DNA from: a cyanobacterium endosymbiont of Braarudosphaera bigelowii
Lineage (GTDB): Bacteria > Cyanobacteriota > Cyanobacteriia > Cyanobacteriales > Microcystaceae
Reading direction: 5' to 3'
Assembly (NCBI RefSeq): GCF_020885515.1
Contig: NZ_AP024987.1
Coordinates: 240,001-272,000, forward strand
DNA length: 32,000 nt
In this document: positions 1 to 9,907 of the stretch, piece by piece
Numbering within the stretch: the first letter of the stretch is position 1
Layout of the letters: each line of letters opens with the position of its first letter
Translations under genes and position numbers: made by a program
The notes under the pieces: model-generated
What the model saw: only the letters and a program-made list of their open reading frames with translations
Database searches by the model: none
Told to the model about the DNA's origin: nothing

Positions 1-16
1 TAAAATAAATTCTATT

Positions 17-1783
17 TTAACTATATTTATTTTTAGCAATCCCAGAATATACTTGTCCATTCTCAGTATCTATTGTAATAATTATCCCCTCAGGAATATT
101 TTTCATTGCATCTTTAAAGCCAAGGATAACTGGTACACCTAAACGAGATCCAATAACTGCAGCATGGCTGGTTAAACTTGATTCTTCTGTAATAATTCCT
201 GATGCTTTTCTCATCATTTCTACAAATTCTGCATTGGTCTTAGCTACTACCAAAATATCTCCTGATTCAAAATCATTCAAATCTTTGGCATAACTAGTAA
301 TTCTTGCTCTACCACTTGCTAAACCTTGCCCAACCGCTATTCCTTTACCTAATATTGCTCGAATTGTTTGTATTTTTATTAAATCAGTCGATCCTGTTAT
401 TCCTTGAATACTTCCAGCTGTCATGACGACCAAATCTCCATCCTCAAGTAAATTGTTTTCTTGAGCTACATTAATAGCAGATTGAAAAGTTTGACTAGCT
501 GATGGTAAATCCAAAACTAATAAAGTTTCTAAACCCCAAACTAACTGTAATTGTCTTGCGACATCTGTCCGAGGAGTTACGGCTAATATTGGAATGCGGG
601 GACGAAATTTAGAAATATTGCGAGCAGTTGAACCTGTTTTTGTTAAAGATATTATAGCGGCTGCATTTAACTGTTCTGCAATTTGACTGACTGCTGCTGA
701 AATTGCATTAGTAACAGACTGTTTCCTTTCAGAAGAAATTCTTATAGTTGTTGGCTCTTGTTCTATACGTTCAGCAATAGTTGCCATAGTTTCTACTGCT
801 TGGATAGGATATTTCCCTACAGCTGTTTCATTTGATAACATTACTGCATCGGTACCGTCTAAAATCGCATTAGCTACATCAGATACCTCTGCACGAGTAG
901 CTCGAGGATTGTTAATCATGCTATCTAACATTTGAGTAGCAGTAATTACAGGGATACCTAAACTATTCGCAGTAGAAATTAACTGTTTTTGTAAAATGGG
1001 AACATCTTCTGGTGGTAGTTCAACTCCTAAATCTCCTCTAGCTACCATAACGCCATCACATAAGTTAAAAATCTCTTTCATATTTTTGATAGCTTCATGT
1101 TTTTCAATTTTTGCAATTATTGGAATATTTTTTCCCGCATTTGTGATAATTTCCCTTACTTCTAAAATATCTTGTGAATTCCGAACAAAACTTAGTGCAA
1201 TCCAATCTACTCCATTTTCTAAGCCAAAAATTAAATCTTTTTTATCTTTCGTTGTTAATGGTTTTACGGATAAACAGATTCCAGGAAAGTTAACGCCTTT
1301 ACTATTAGATAATATTCCACCAACAATCACCCTACAATATAAATTTTTATTTTTAATATCAACTTTTTCGACTAGCATTTCAACTTTGCCATCATCTATT
1401 AAAATTCTTGCCTGCTCTGGTACTTCTTCTACTAAATATTTATATGTGACGTAACTAATTTCCTTGTTACATTCTACTTCTCGACTTGTAAGAGTAAAAA
1501 AATCACCAGTTTTAAGGGTAATTTCGTTGGATTTAAACAATCCAAGACGAATTTTAGGACCCTGCAAATCTTGAAGAATAGCTACAGGCTGATGTAATTC
1601 AAAAGCAACTTGTCGAATAAGTTGAATGCTATGTGCATGATATTCATGATCACCATGAGAAAAATTAAGACGAAAAGTAGTTGCACCAGCCAAAATCAGC
1701 TTACGTAGAATTTCTTTATTTTGAGTAGCAGGACCAATAGTTGCTACTATCTTAGTCCGACGAGGCATAGAATAAGATCGCAT
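17..1783 (-). CDS. pyk: Pyruvate kinase with C-terminal PEP-utilising (swivelling) domain
   Basis: 588 aa ORF with RRTKIVATIGPA, NFSHGDHEYH, GVMVARGDLGVE, ITATQMLDSM and C-terminal ESSLTSHAAVIGSRLGVPVI. The likely true start is the internal MPRRTKIVATIGP (about 1768). Confidence 0.96.
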   Translation of the reverse strand: MRSYSMPRRTKIVATIGPATQNKEILRKLILAGATTFRLNFSHGDHEYHAHSIQLIRQVAFELHQPVAILQDLQGPKIRLGLFKSNEITLKTGDFFTLTSREVECNKEISYVTYKYLVEEVPEQARILIDDGKVEMLVEKVDIKNKNLYCRVIVGGILSNSKGVNFPGICLSVKPLTTKDKKDLIFGLENGVDWIALSFVRNSQDILEVREIITNAGKNIPIIAKIEKHEAIKNMKEIFNLCDGVMVARGDLGVELPPEDVPILQKQLISTANSLGIPVITATQMLDSMINNPRATRAEVSDVANAILDGTDAVMLSNETAVGKYPIQAVETMATIAERIEQEPTTIRISSERKQSVTNAISAAVSQIAEQLNAAAIISLTKTGSTARNISKFRPRIPILAVTPRTDVARQLQLVWGLETLLVLDLPSASQTFQSAINVAQENNLLEDGDLVVMTAGSIQGITGSTDLIKIQTIRAILGKGIAVGQGLASGRARITSYAKDLNDFESGDILVVAKTNAEFVEMMRKASGIITEESSLTSHAAVIGSRLGVPVILGFKDAMKNIPEGIIITIDTENGQVYSGIAKNKYS

Positions 1784-2129
1784 GATAATTTTAATAAAAT
1801 ATATTAACTAATAATTTGTCTTTTATGAAAAGTTAAATCTTTTCTTGAAATTGTACGAAAAATTATCATTATTTAAACATTTTTCTCCTATTTTTTATTT
1901 TCTTTAGTTTCAAAACTAGATAATTAACAATATATAGTTAAATTAATATCATATTTACTTTTTAAATTAGACTTAAAATCAAGTTTTCAACATATGAGGT
2001 ATTTTGACCTCTTTTAGCATCTACATTAAGTTAATAAGCTAAAAGATAAATATACAGAAAAATTAGGGAATAAAAATAACTATAGGTAATGTGAAGCTTA
2101 ATTTATAAATAAGTGTCAAGTTATCTTAA

Positions 2130-2191
2130 GCAAATAAAAAATTTTCTAATTAGATTTTATGCAAATAAATTTTTTAATTTTCTAATTAGAT
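2130..2191. repeat. Imperfect tandem duplication of a ~31 nt AT-rich unit upstream of the uxs-like gene
   Basis: gcaaataaaaaattttctaattagattttat (2130-2160) is followed immediately by gcaaataaattttttaatttctaattagatt (2161-2191). Confidence 0.6.
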
Positions 2192-2281
2192 TCTTGAACT
2201 CATATATAATAAGTTTGAGTTAGAGTTATTTTCAATAATAACTAACAATAAATTAATATCACTTGTAAACTTACAGGCTAC

Positions 2282-3211
2282 ATGAAAATACTAGTTACAG
2301 GCGGTGCTGGTTTCATTGGTTCCCATCTTATTGATCGCTTAATGGAAAAGGGATATGATGTTCTTTGCTTAGATAATTTTTATACTGGCAGCAAAAATAA
2401 TGTTTTTAAATGGATTGGTAACCCTTGCTTTGAATTAATTCGCCATGACATCACTGAACCTATCCGTTTAGAGGTTGATCGAATCTATCATTTAGCATGT
2501 CCTGCTTCTCCAATTCACTATCAACATAATCCTGTAAAAACCATTAAGACTAATGTGTTAGGAACGTTAAACATGCTAGGTCTAGCTAAACGAGTTAATG
2601 CGCGTATTTTACTTGCATCCACTTCTGAAGTATATGGCGATCCAGATATACATCCTCAGCATGAAGAATACAATGGAAATGTAAATTGTACCGGTTTAAG
2701 AGCTTGTTACGATGAAGGCAAAAGAGTAGCTGAAACTTTAGCATTTGAGTACCATAGAGAGCACAAAACAGATATTCGAGTAGCACGTATTTTTAACACA
2801 TATGGACCTAGAATGTCAGAAAACGATGGTAGAGTCGTAAGTAACCTTATTGTGCAAGCTTTACAAAATAAATTCTTAACCATTTATGGAGATGGATCTC
2901 AAACTCGAAGCTTTTGCTATATTTCTGATATGGCAGAAGGATTAATAAGGTTGATGAATGGAAATTATATAGGTCCAATAAATTTAGGTAATCCTGATGA
3001 ATATACTATCCTAGAGCTGGCCAAAACTATTCAAAAAATGACTAAATCTAACGCGCAATTAATTTATAAAGAATTACCTAAAGATGATCCTAAAAAGAGA
3101 CAACCTGATATTACAAAAGCTAAGCTTTATCTTGATTGGCAACCAAAATTTTCTTTACAAAAAGGATTGGAATTAACAATTCAACATTTTCAAGGTCAAA
3201 TATTTGAATAA
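2282..3211 (+). CDS. uxs: UDP-glucuronate decarboxylase / SDR-family NAD-dependent epimerase-dehydratase
   Basis: 309 aa ORF with [38 protein letters not shown] (YxxxK) and [10 protein letters not shown], typical of UDP-xylose synthase-like SDRs. Confidence 0.85.
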   Translation: MKILVTGGAGFIGSHLIDRLMEKGYDVLCLDNFYTGSKNNVFKWIGNPCFELIRHDITEPIRLEVDRIYHLACPASPIHYQHNPVKTIKTNVLGTLNMLGLAKRVNARILLASTSEVYGDPDIHPQHEEYNGNVNCTGLRACYDEGKRVAETLAFEYHREHKTDIRVARIFNTYGPRMSENDGRVVSNLIVQALQNKFLTIYGDGSQTRSFCYISDMAEGLIRLMNGNYIGPINLGNPDEYTILELAKTIQKMTKSNAQLIYKELPKDDPKKRQPDITKAKLYLDWQPKFSLQKGLELTIQHFQGQIFE

Positions 3212-3296
3212 TAGTTAATTCCATTTAGAGAAATTCTAAATACCTATCAAAGAACAGTTAAATATAAAACTTTAAGTAAATTAAAAACATAAAATC

Positions 3297-4646
3297 ATGC
3301 GTGTTTGTGTTATCGGGACAGGTTATGTTGGGCTAGTGACTGGAGTTTGTCTAGCTCATATTGGTCATCATGTTATTTGTGTTGATAATAATGAAGAAAA
3401 GATCAAGCTAATGAAAGCTGGTCAATCTCCTATTTATGAACCTGGACTCTCAGAACTAATGTATTCTTCTATGCAAAAAAATCGTTTAGATTTTACATCA
3501 AATTTAGCTAGAGGTGTTCATCATGGAGAAATTATTTTTACCGCAGTAGGTACTCCTGCTTTAGCTAATGGAGAAAGTGATACGCGTTATGTTGAAGCTG
3601 TTGCAAGAGGTATTGGAGAAAATTTAAATTGTGGCTACAAAGTTATAGTAAATAAATCTACTGTACCAATTGGTTCTGGTGATTGGGTAAGAATGATTGT
3701 TATGGAAGGATTGGCTAAACAAAATAATCCTTCTATGAAAGTAGAATTTGATGTTATTAGTAATCCTGAATTTTTAAGGGAAGGATCTGCAGTTTATGAC
3801 ACATTTAATCCTGATCGTATTGTTCTCGGAGGTAACAGTAAACAAGCTATTGATGTTATGAAAAATCTTTATAAACCTTTGATAGAAAGAAAATTTTCTA
3901 AAGATCAAGCTTTACCTTTTGTTCCTTTAGTAGTAACAGATTTAAATTCTGCAGAAATGATAAAATATGCTGCCAATGCATTCTTGGCAACTAAAATTAG
4001 TTTTATAAATGAAGTCGCAAATATTTGTGATCGTGTGGGAGCAGATATTTGTCAAGTTGCACAAGGTATAGGATTAGATTCTCGTATTGGTAATAAGTTC
4101 TTAAAAGCAGGTATTGGCTGGGGAGGCTCTTGTTTTCCTAAAGATGTTTCAGCTTTAATTCGTACTGCTAATGATTATAACTATGAAACACAACTATTGA
4201 ATGCGGCAGTTAGGGTAAATAAAAAGCAAAGATTAATAGTTATAGAAAAATTACAACAAGAATTAAAAATTCTTAAAGGCAAAACTATTGGTTTGTTAGG
4301 ATTAACGTTTAAGGCAGATACTGATGATATGAGAGATGCTCCCGCACTTACAATAATCGAAGAACTTAACCGTTTGGGAGCGAAGGTTAAGGCATATGAT
4401 CCAATTGTTTCTCAATCTGGATTAAGTCATGGATTATCAGGAGTGATTATTGAGACTGATGCCGAAATGCTTTCAGATAATTGTGACGCATTAGTATTAA
4501 TTACAGATTGGCAGGAATTTCTTAATTTAAATTATCAAAAAATGGCTACAGTTATGATTAATCCTGTTATCATAGATGGTCGTAATTTCTTAGAGCGTTC
4601 TAAGTTACAAATGGCAGGTTTCCATTATGTAGGAATTGGTCGTTAA
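3297..4646 (+). CDS. ugd: UDP-glucose 6-dehydrogenase
   Basis: 449 aa ORF with MRVCVIGTGYVGLVTGVCLA, NPEFLREGSAVYD, GIGWGGSCFPKDV and GLTFKADTDDMRDAPA. Confidence 0.95.
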   Translation: MRVCVIGTGYVGLVTGVCLAHIGHHVICVDNNEEKIKLMKAGQSPIYEPGLSELMYSSMQKNRLDFTSNLARGVHHGEIIFTAVGTPALANGESDTRYVEAVARGIGENLNCGYKVIVNKSTVPIGSGDWVRMIVMEGLAKQNNPSMKVEFDVISNPEFLREGSAVYDTFNPDRIVLGGNSKQAIDVMKNLYKPLIERKFSKDQALPFVPLVVTDLNSAEMIKYAANAFLATKISFINEVANICDRVGADICQVAQGIGLDSRIGNKFLKAGIGWGGSCFPKDVSALIRTANDYNYETQLLNAAVRVNKKQRLIVIEKLQQELKILKGKTIGLLGLTFKADTDDMRDAPALTIIEELNRLGAKVKAYDPIVSQSGLSHGLSGVIIETDAEMLSDNCDALVLITDWQEFLNLNYQKMATVMINPVIIDGRNFLERSKLQMAGFHYVGIGR

Positions 4647-4894
4647 ATATTATTTCAACTTTATTAGACTAAAAGTTTCGATGTAATTTTATTGTAACCT
4701 ATCATAGTTAAAATAGTTTTTAGATTATCCATAGTGTTGAGTTTTTATTGATTCATTATTTAACAAATGTATAAGCCACTATTTTAAATATTTTTATTCA
4801 AATAGTAAAAATTAGTATTCATATTTTATTTAAAAGGTAAGATGTAAATAGCTGACATAGAGTTCGCTTAATTATTTGTTATTAGGTTTAGTAT

Positions 4895-5881
4895 ATGATT
4901 TGGAGAAGGCGTCATATTTTAAGTTTAGCTGATTGGGAGGAAGAAGAATACAACACACTAATTCAGACTGCTTCTAGTTTCAGCGAAGTTTTATTACGTC
5001 ATACTAAAAAGGTTCCAGCTCTTCAAGGGTTAGTCGTTACTAACATGTTTTTTGAACCATCTACAAGAACTCGTAGTAGCTTTGAATTAGCAAGTAAGCG
5101 TCTCTCTGCAGATATATTAAACTTTTCTCCAGGAACCTCATCTTTAGCAAAAGGGGAAACTATTCTGGATACAGCTAAAACTTATTTAGCTATGGGAGCA
5201 AATATTATGGTTATCCGCCATAAGCGAGCAGGTGTTCCTAGGATAATTGCCAATGAAATGGATCGTTTACAAAGTGGTGTTAGCATCTTAAACGCTGGAG
5301 ATGGTATGCATGAGCACCCTTCTCAAGGATTACTAGATTTATTTACTATTTGCTCTGAGCTAGATTCTAGTTATCCTAGACTAGAATTATTACAAGATAA
5401 AAAAATCGTTATTGTTGGTGATATATTACATTCTAGGGTTGCTCGTTCAAACATATGGAGTTTGACAAAAGCAGGAGCTAAGGTTCATCTAGTAGGTCCA
5501 CCGACACTACTTCCTAAATGGTTTGAAGATATAAAAAATAGATGTAACAAAGGACAATTGTTCATACATTGGAATTTAGAAGTTGCTTTAAAAAAAGCAG
5601 ATTTTATTATGACATTACGCTTACAAAAGGAAAGAATGACAGATGCTTTGCTACCTAGCCTGAGAGAATATCACAAATATTATGGTATTACGCATAAGCA
5701 TTTATACCTTTGTCAACCTAATGTAAAAATCTTGCATCCAGGACCAGTTAACCGTGGAATTGAAATCAGCTCAAGTCTAATAGATGACCCTAACTTTAGT
5801 CTAGTTCAAAAGCAAATTACAAATAGTATTGCTATTCGAATGGCTTTACTATTCTTACTTGGAACTTTCTCTGAACAATAA
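4895..5881 (+). CDS. pyrB: Aspartate carbamoyltransferase catalytic subunit
   Basis: 328 aa ORF with [35 protein letters not shown] and [11 protein letters not shown]. Confidence 0.95.
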   Translation: MIWRRRHILSLADWEEEEYNTLIQTASSFSEVLLRHTKKVPALQGLVVTNMFFEPSTRTRSSFELASKRLSADILNFSPGTSSLAKGETILDTAKTYLAMGANIMVIRHKRAGVPRIIANEMDRLQSGVSILNAGDGMHEHPSQGLLDLFTICSELDSSYPRLELLQDKKIVIVGDILHSRVARSNIWSLTKAGAKVHLVGPPTLLPKWFEDIKNRCNKGQLFIHWNLEVALKKADFIMTLRLQKERMTDALLPSLREYHKYYGITHKHLYLCQPNVKILHPGPVNRGIEISSSLIDDPNFSLVQKQITNSIAIRMALLFLLGTFSEQ

Positions 5882-5939
5882 TAGTAGTATTTTCAATCTT
5901 TAGACAATAACTAAGATCAATTTTCAATGTATTTTTGCA

Positions 5940-5982
5940 TCTTAACTTTTTTAATTAACTATATTAATTAAAAAAGTTAAGA
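5940..5982. terminator. Inverted repeat (19 bp arms, 5 nt loop) between convergent pyrB and hemN
   Basis: tcttaacttttttaattaa - ctata - ttaattaaaaaagttaaga in the convergent spacer. Confidence 0.65.
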
Positions 5983-6014
5983 ATTCATTCAACTTTTTTA
6001 TAGTATTATCTAAC

Positions 6015-7418
6015 TTAAATAGATTTTGAAAATGTATTTTCCTTAGATTTTTTGAGATATGGATCAAATACTGATGCAATATTTCTAATAAGCCAACGTC
6101 CTGAATTAGTAACTTCCAAACGGTCATTATATAAATTAACTAATCCATCGTTTTCTAAGGGTTTTAAATCAATTAACTCTTGTGCAAAATACTCATCAAA
6201 ATTAAAGTTTAAATTATATTTTTTCTTAATACGATTTTTATCAAGTTTAGATTGACACATTAGTTCCATAATTATAGAGCGACGAATAATATCGTCTTGA
6301 CTAAGGGCAAAACCTTTCTCAATAGGTAAAAGGCCTTCATCTAGAGTACGATAGTAGTCTTTGATTTTTTTATGATTTTGAACGTAAACATCATTAAGCA
6401 TACTAATAGAGGTCATTCCAAAAGAAAGAAGATCAGATTCTGGTTTTGTTGTATACCCCTGAAAGTTACGATGTAAGTCACCTTTCTCCTGCGCAATTGA
6501 TAACTCATCATTCGGTTTGGCAAAGTGATCCATTCCTATATACATATAGTTGTTATCATTGAATTTATTAATGGCCATTTGCAAAATAGCAAGTTTTTCC
6601 GATGCACTTGGCAGTTCACTAATAGGAAGATTTTTTTGAGCAGGTTTTATCCATGGAATATATGCAAAATTAAATACAGCAATACGGTCAGGATTCAACT
6701 CTATTGTTTTTTCAATTGTTTTCTCAAAAGTATGTCTATTTTGAAAAGGTAGACCATAAATTAGATCAACATTAACACTCTCGAATTTTGCTTCTTTTAT
6801 CCAATCCATAACCTGAAATAACATTTTTTCAGGTTGAACACGGTTAATAACATTTTGTACTTTCTCTTCAAAGTCTTGAATTCCAAAGCTAATACGGTTA
6901 AAGCCAATATCTCTTAGGAAAAAAATAAGGCTTTTATCAACATATTTAGGATTAACTTCAATAGATATTTCTGCATTTTTATCTATATTGAAGTTGTCTT
7001 TTAGCGTATTAAATAATATTTCTATTTGAGGTTGATTTAAATAATTAGGTGTTCCTCCTCCCCAATGAATTTGATTTACAAGGCGATCTGACGAAACAAG
7101 TTGGGAAGTTTCTTTGATATCATTTACTATATATTCTAAATAAGTAGAAGCAACTTTTTTATTTCTTGTAATAATTGTATTGCATCCACAAAAATAACAT
7201 GCGCTTTCACAGAAAGGGATATGACAATAGAGGGAAAGTGGAATTTTTTTCTTATTACCGGATTCAATGCCTAATCTAAACTCTTTTTCTCCTGAGTTTA
7301 CCTTTAATTCAGTAGCAGGAGGATAACTTGTATATCTAGGAAGAGATTTATCATATTTTTTAAGCAGTTCTTGATCAAAACTCATATCTTCTGATGTTAA
7401 TTTCATAGTTTTAGTCAT
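6015..7418 (-). CDS. hemN: Oxygen-independent coproporphyrinogen III oxidase (radical SAM)
   Basis: 467 aa ORF with PRYTSYPPATE, radical SAM motif CHIPFCESACYFCGC, HWGGGTPNYL, RISFGIQDF and a C-terminal HemN domain. Confidence 0.95.
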   Translation of the reverse strand: MTKTMKLTSEDMSFDQELLKKYDKSLPRYTSYPPATELKVNSGEKEFRLGIESGNKKKIPLSLYCHIPFCESACYFCGCNTIITRNKKVASTYLEYIVNDIKETSQLVSSDRLVNQIHWGGGTPNYLNQPQIEILFNTLKDNFNIDKNAEISIEVNPKYVDKSLIFFLRDIGFNRISFGIQDFEEKVQNVINRVQPEKMLFQVMDWIKEAKFESVNVDLIYGLPFQNRHTFEKTIEKTIELNPDRIAVFNFAYIPWIKPAQKNLPISELPSASEKLAILQMAINKFNDNNYMYIGMDHFAKPNDELSIAQEKGDLHRNFQGYTTKPESDLLSFGMTSISMLNDVYVQNHKKIKDYYRTLDEGLLPIEKGFALSQDDIIRRSIIMELMCQSKLDKNRIKKKYNLNFNFDEYFAQELIDLKPLENDGLVNLYNDRLEVTNSGRWLIRNIASVFDPYLKKSKENTFSKSI

Positions 7419-8078
7419 GTCTCAATGATTAAGATAGTCTGGGAATAATAGATTTCAGAAAGAAAATCCAAGTGAAAGTATTAATTTGACATTTGAATTT
7501 TTTTACACAAGCAATAGTTTTAAATTCTTTTTTCTTAGTCATCAGTTTCTGAATTATTATGAAACTAATTGTTTTCTATCAAATTAAAAGTTTTCTATAA
7601 GTAATCAAGCAAAAGTCAAAATATCTATACATTAACCTTAATCTTAAATCTTTAGAGTAGAAAAAGTATTGCATGATGCATTTACACTACGTTTACAAGA
7701 CTTAACAAGTAAGTAAAGATTAACAATAAAGAACCACTCCAGTATCTTTAAATAGATTAGATAAAAGATATTCTACTTACCATGGAATTTGAGATTACTA
7801 CCTTTTAGTTTATTGCTATACAGTTATATTATCACTGAATTGTCGAATATGTTCAAGATTGATATTATCTTAAGTCATAAATTTTATATTATTAGAATCC
7901 TTAATATGTTTAATACTTGAGAGTCATGAAATAAAAACTATTCTGTAATACATAAATATTATCTCAAATCTTATAACTAACCAACTAAAATATAAATTTT
8001 AATCTTTTGTTAGTTTAGGGATAGACAAACTTCTTTTAACATAAGATAATATAACTATCAAGTTATATAAATATAATT

Positions 8079-9158
8079 ATGGTCACTACTTTAGTTAATA
8101 CACACACAAACCAGCTAAAAACAAAAAAGAAAGAAGTCTCTAAAGAAACTTTATTGACTCCACGTTTTTACACTACAGATTTTGAAACTGCAGCCACTAT
8201 TTCTTTAAAGGATCAAGAAACTCAACTACAAGCAATGTTAACAGAAATGCGTAACGACTATAATCGTTATCATTTTGTCCGTGATGATAGTTTCAAGGAT
8301 GCTTCCTGGGATCATTTAGATAAAGATACAAGAGAAGGATTTATTCAATATTTAGAAAGATCATGTATTTCTGAGTTTTCTGGTTTTTTACTTTTCAAAG
8401 AATTATCTAGAAAAATTAAAAAAAGTAATCCTCTAATGGCAGAAATTTTTCATTTAATGGCAAGAGATGAGGCACGTCATGCTGGATATCTCAATAAAGC
8501 AATGTCTGACTTTAATGTTACCCTAGATCTAGGAAAAATAACTAAAACAAGAAGCTATACTTTCTTTCCTCTAGAATGGGTAATTTATACAGTATATCTA
8601 TCTGAAAAAATTGGATATTGGCGCTATATCATTATTTTTCATCATTTACAGAAACATCCTGAAAAGAAATTCTATCCAATTTTTGATAAATTTGAGAGTT
8701 GGTGTCAAGACGAAAATCGCCATGGAGATATTTTTAACGCTTTATTGCGTTCACAACCTAAGCTTTGGAATAATTGGAAAGCAAGGTTGTGGAGTCGCTT
8801 TTTTCTTTTATCTGTATTTGTAACACATACTTTAACTGTTCATGAAAGAAAAAAATTCTATTTATCTTTAGGAATAAATGCAACAGACTTTGATAAAGAA
8901 GTAATTCGTGAAACTAATAATACCTCTGCTAGAGCCTTTCCCTCTATTCTAGATGTAGAACATCCTGAATTCTACCCTCGTTTAAAAAGATGTTCAGATC
9001 GTAATTTAGAAATTAAAGCTTTGAAAAATAGCAATAAGCTAGGAATTGTAAAAACTTTAAATAAGATTTTACTAATCGCTGGCATTGCTGGAGATTTTTT
9101 CAAGGCTTTTCTTATTAAGCCTATCGATACAGAAGCTTTACGAGGAGATATTCACTAA
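8079..9158 (+). CDS. acsF: Magnesium-protoporphyrin IX monomethyl ester (oxidative) cyclase
   Basis: 359 aa ORF with TPRFYTTDFETAA, ERSCISEFSGFLLFKEL, MARDEARHAGYLNKAMSDFN, WCQDENRHGD and SEKIGYWRYI. Confidence 0.94.
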   Translation: MVTTLVNTHTNQLKTKKKEVSKETLLTPRFYTTDFETAATISLKDQETQLQAMLTEMRNDYNRYHFVRDDSFKDASWDHLDKDTREGFIQYLERSCISEFSGFLLFKELSRKIKKSNPLMAEIFHLMARDEARHAGYLNKAMSDFNVTLDLGKITKTRSYTFFPLEWVIYTVYLSEKIGYWRYIIIFHHLQKHPEKKFYPIFDKFESWCQDENRHGDIFNALLRSQPKLWNNWKARLWSRFFLLSVFVTHTLTVHERKKFYLSLGINATDFDKEVIRETNNTSARAFPSILDVEHPEFYPRLKRCSDRNLEIKALKNSNKLGIVKTLNKILLIAGIAGDFFKAFLIKPIDTEALRGDIH

Positions 9159-9191
9159 TAGTTACCATATAAGGTTCCTACTCTTAGTATC

Positions 9192-9254
9192 TAAACATCT
9201 ATTTTTCTACTGTAATATATATGTAATACATAATAGTAGAAAAATAGATGTTTA
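9192..9254. terminator. Inverted repeat (20 bp arms, 23 nt spacer) just downstream of acsF
   Basis: taaacatctatttttctact (9192-9211) and agtagaaaaatagatgttta (9235-9254) are exact reverse complements. Confidence 0.6.
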
Positions 9255-9379
9255 AATATAGTAATAGAAGTTGATAAATATATTTTTAATGTAATAAGAT
9301 CTTTTATGTTCATGCTTGATCGTTCTTTTCAGAGTTAGCATGATAAAAAATGTTTTTTAGTTAGTTTAAGATTAGAACA

Positions 9380-9856
9380 CTACAGCATATTGAGTTTAAC
9401 TTTATTAAAATTTTTATAATCTAGAGATTTTCGAATAATCTTTTCATTTAGGATTTCAAATTCAGGCTTAATATCAGAATAAAATAAATGAGATATGCAA
9501 CTACAATCAGAAGCTCCAAATTTTTTTACAGGAACCTTAAATAAATTATTATTTAATAAGAATTTAGCCCATTCATGTTCTTGTCTAATCTTAGAAGTTG
9601 AATACCAGACTTCTAACGGAATTAAATATTGTCTCAGATAATCAAGATGCCAATGTTTATTTTTATAAATTTTTATATGTCTCTGTATTCGTGAATTTAA
9701 ACCACCTGCTCCGAAAGCGCTACCTACATATATGTAATAACCCAAGTTTATTGGATAAATGCCTAAATTACCTATACTGGCTGATGTTGAATTAAAGCAG
9801 AAAAGTAGCAGACAATAAGTTCCTTTTTCGTTATTTGGCAATAATCTATAGCTCAT
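9380..9856 (-). CDS. DUF123-type GIY-YIG nuclease family protein
   Basis: 158 aa ORF with GTYCLLLF, NLGYYIYVGSAFGAGGLNSRIQRHI, HWHLDYLRQY and FGASDCSCISHLF, which match the DUF123 (COG1833) pattern. Confidence 0.82.
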   Translation of the reverse strand: MSYRLLPNNEKGTYCLLLFCFNSTSASIGNLGIYPINLGYYIYVGSAFGAGGLNSRIQRHIKIYKNKHWHLDYLRQYLIPLEVWYSTSKIRQEHEWAKFLLNNNLFKVPVKKFGASDCSCISHLFYSDIKPEFEILNEKIIRKSLDYKNFNKVKLNML

Positions 9857-9907
9857 AATTATGAATGTTCAATTTTTTTCGAAATTTACTAGTTAGATTA
9901 GAGCCTT

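Noticed and set aside
996-1454. 152 aa plus-strand ORF opposite pyruvate kinase
   Set aside because: Antisense shadow inside a strongly supported pyk gene; composition is Ser/Ile/Phe-rich with no recognisable domain.
2595-2786. 63 aa minus-strand ORF inside the uxs-like gene
   Set aside because: Fully overlapped by a well-supported gene, no family signature.
6052-6752. Plus-strand ORFs of 67 aa and 75 aa over hemN (6052-6255, 6525-6752)
   Set aside because: Antisense shadows of hemN with no domain similarity.
8611-8823. Antisense ORF in acsF
   Set aside because: Antisense shadow of a conserved gene.
9598-9795. 65 aa plus-strand ORF opposite the DUF123 gene
   Set aside because: The opposite strand carries clear DUF123 motifs; this frame has none.
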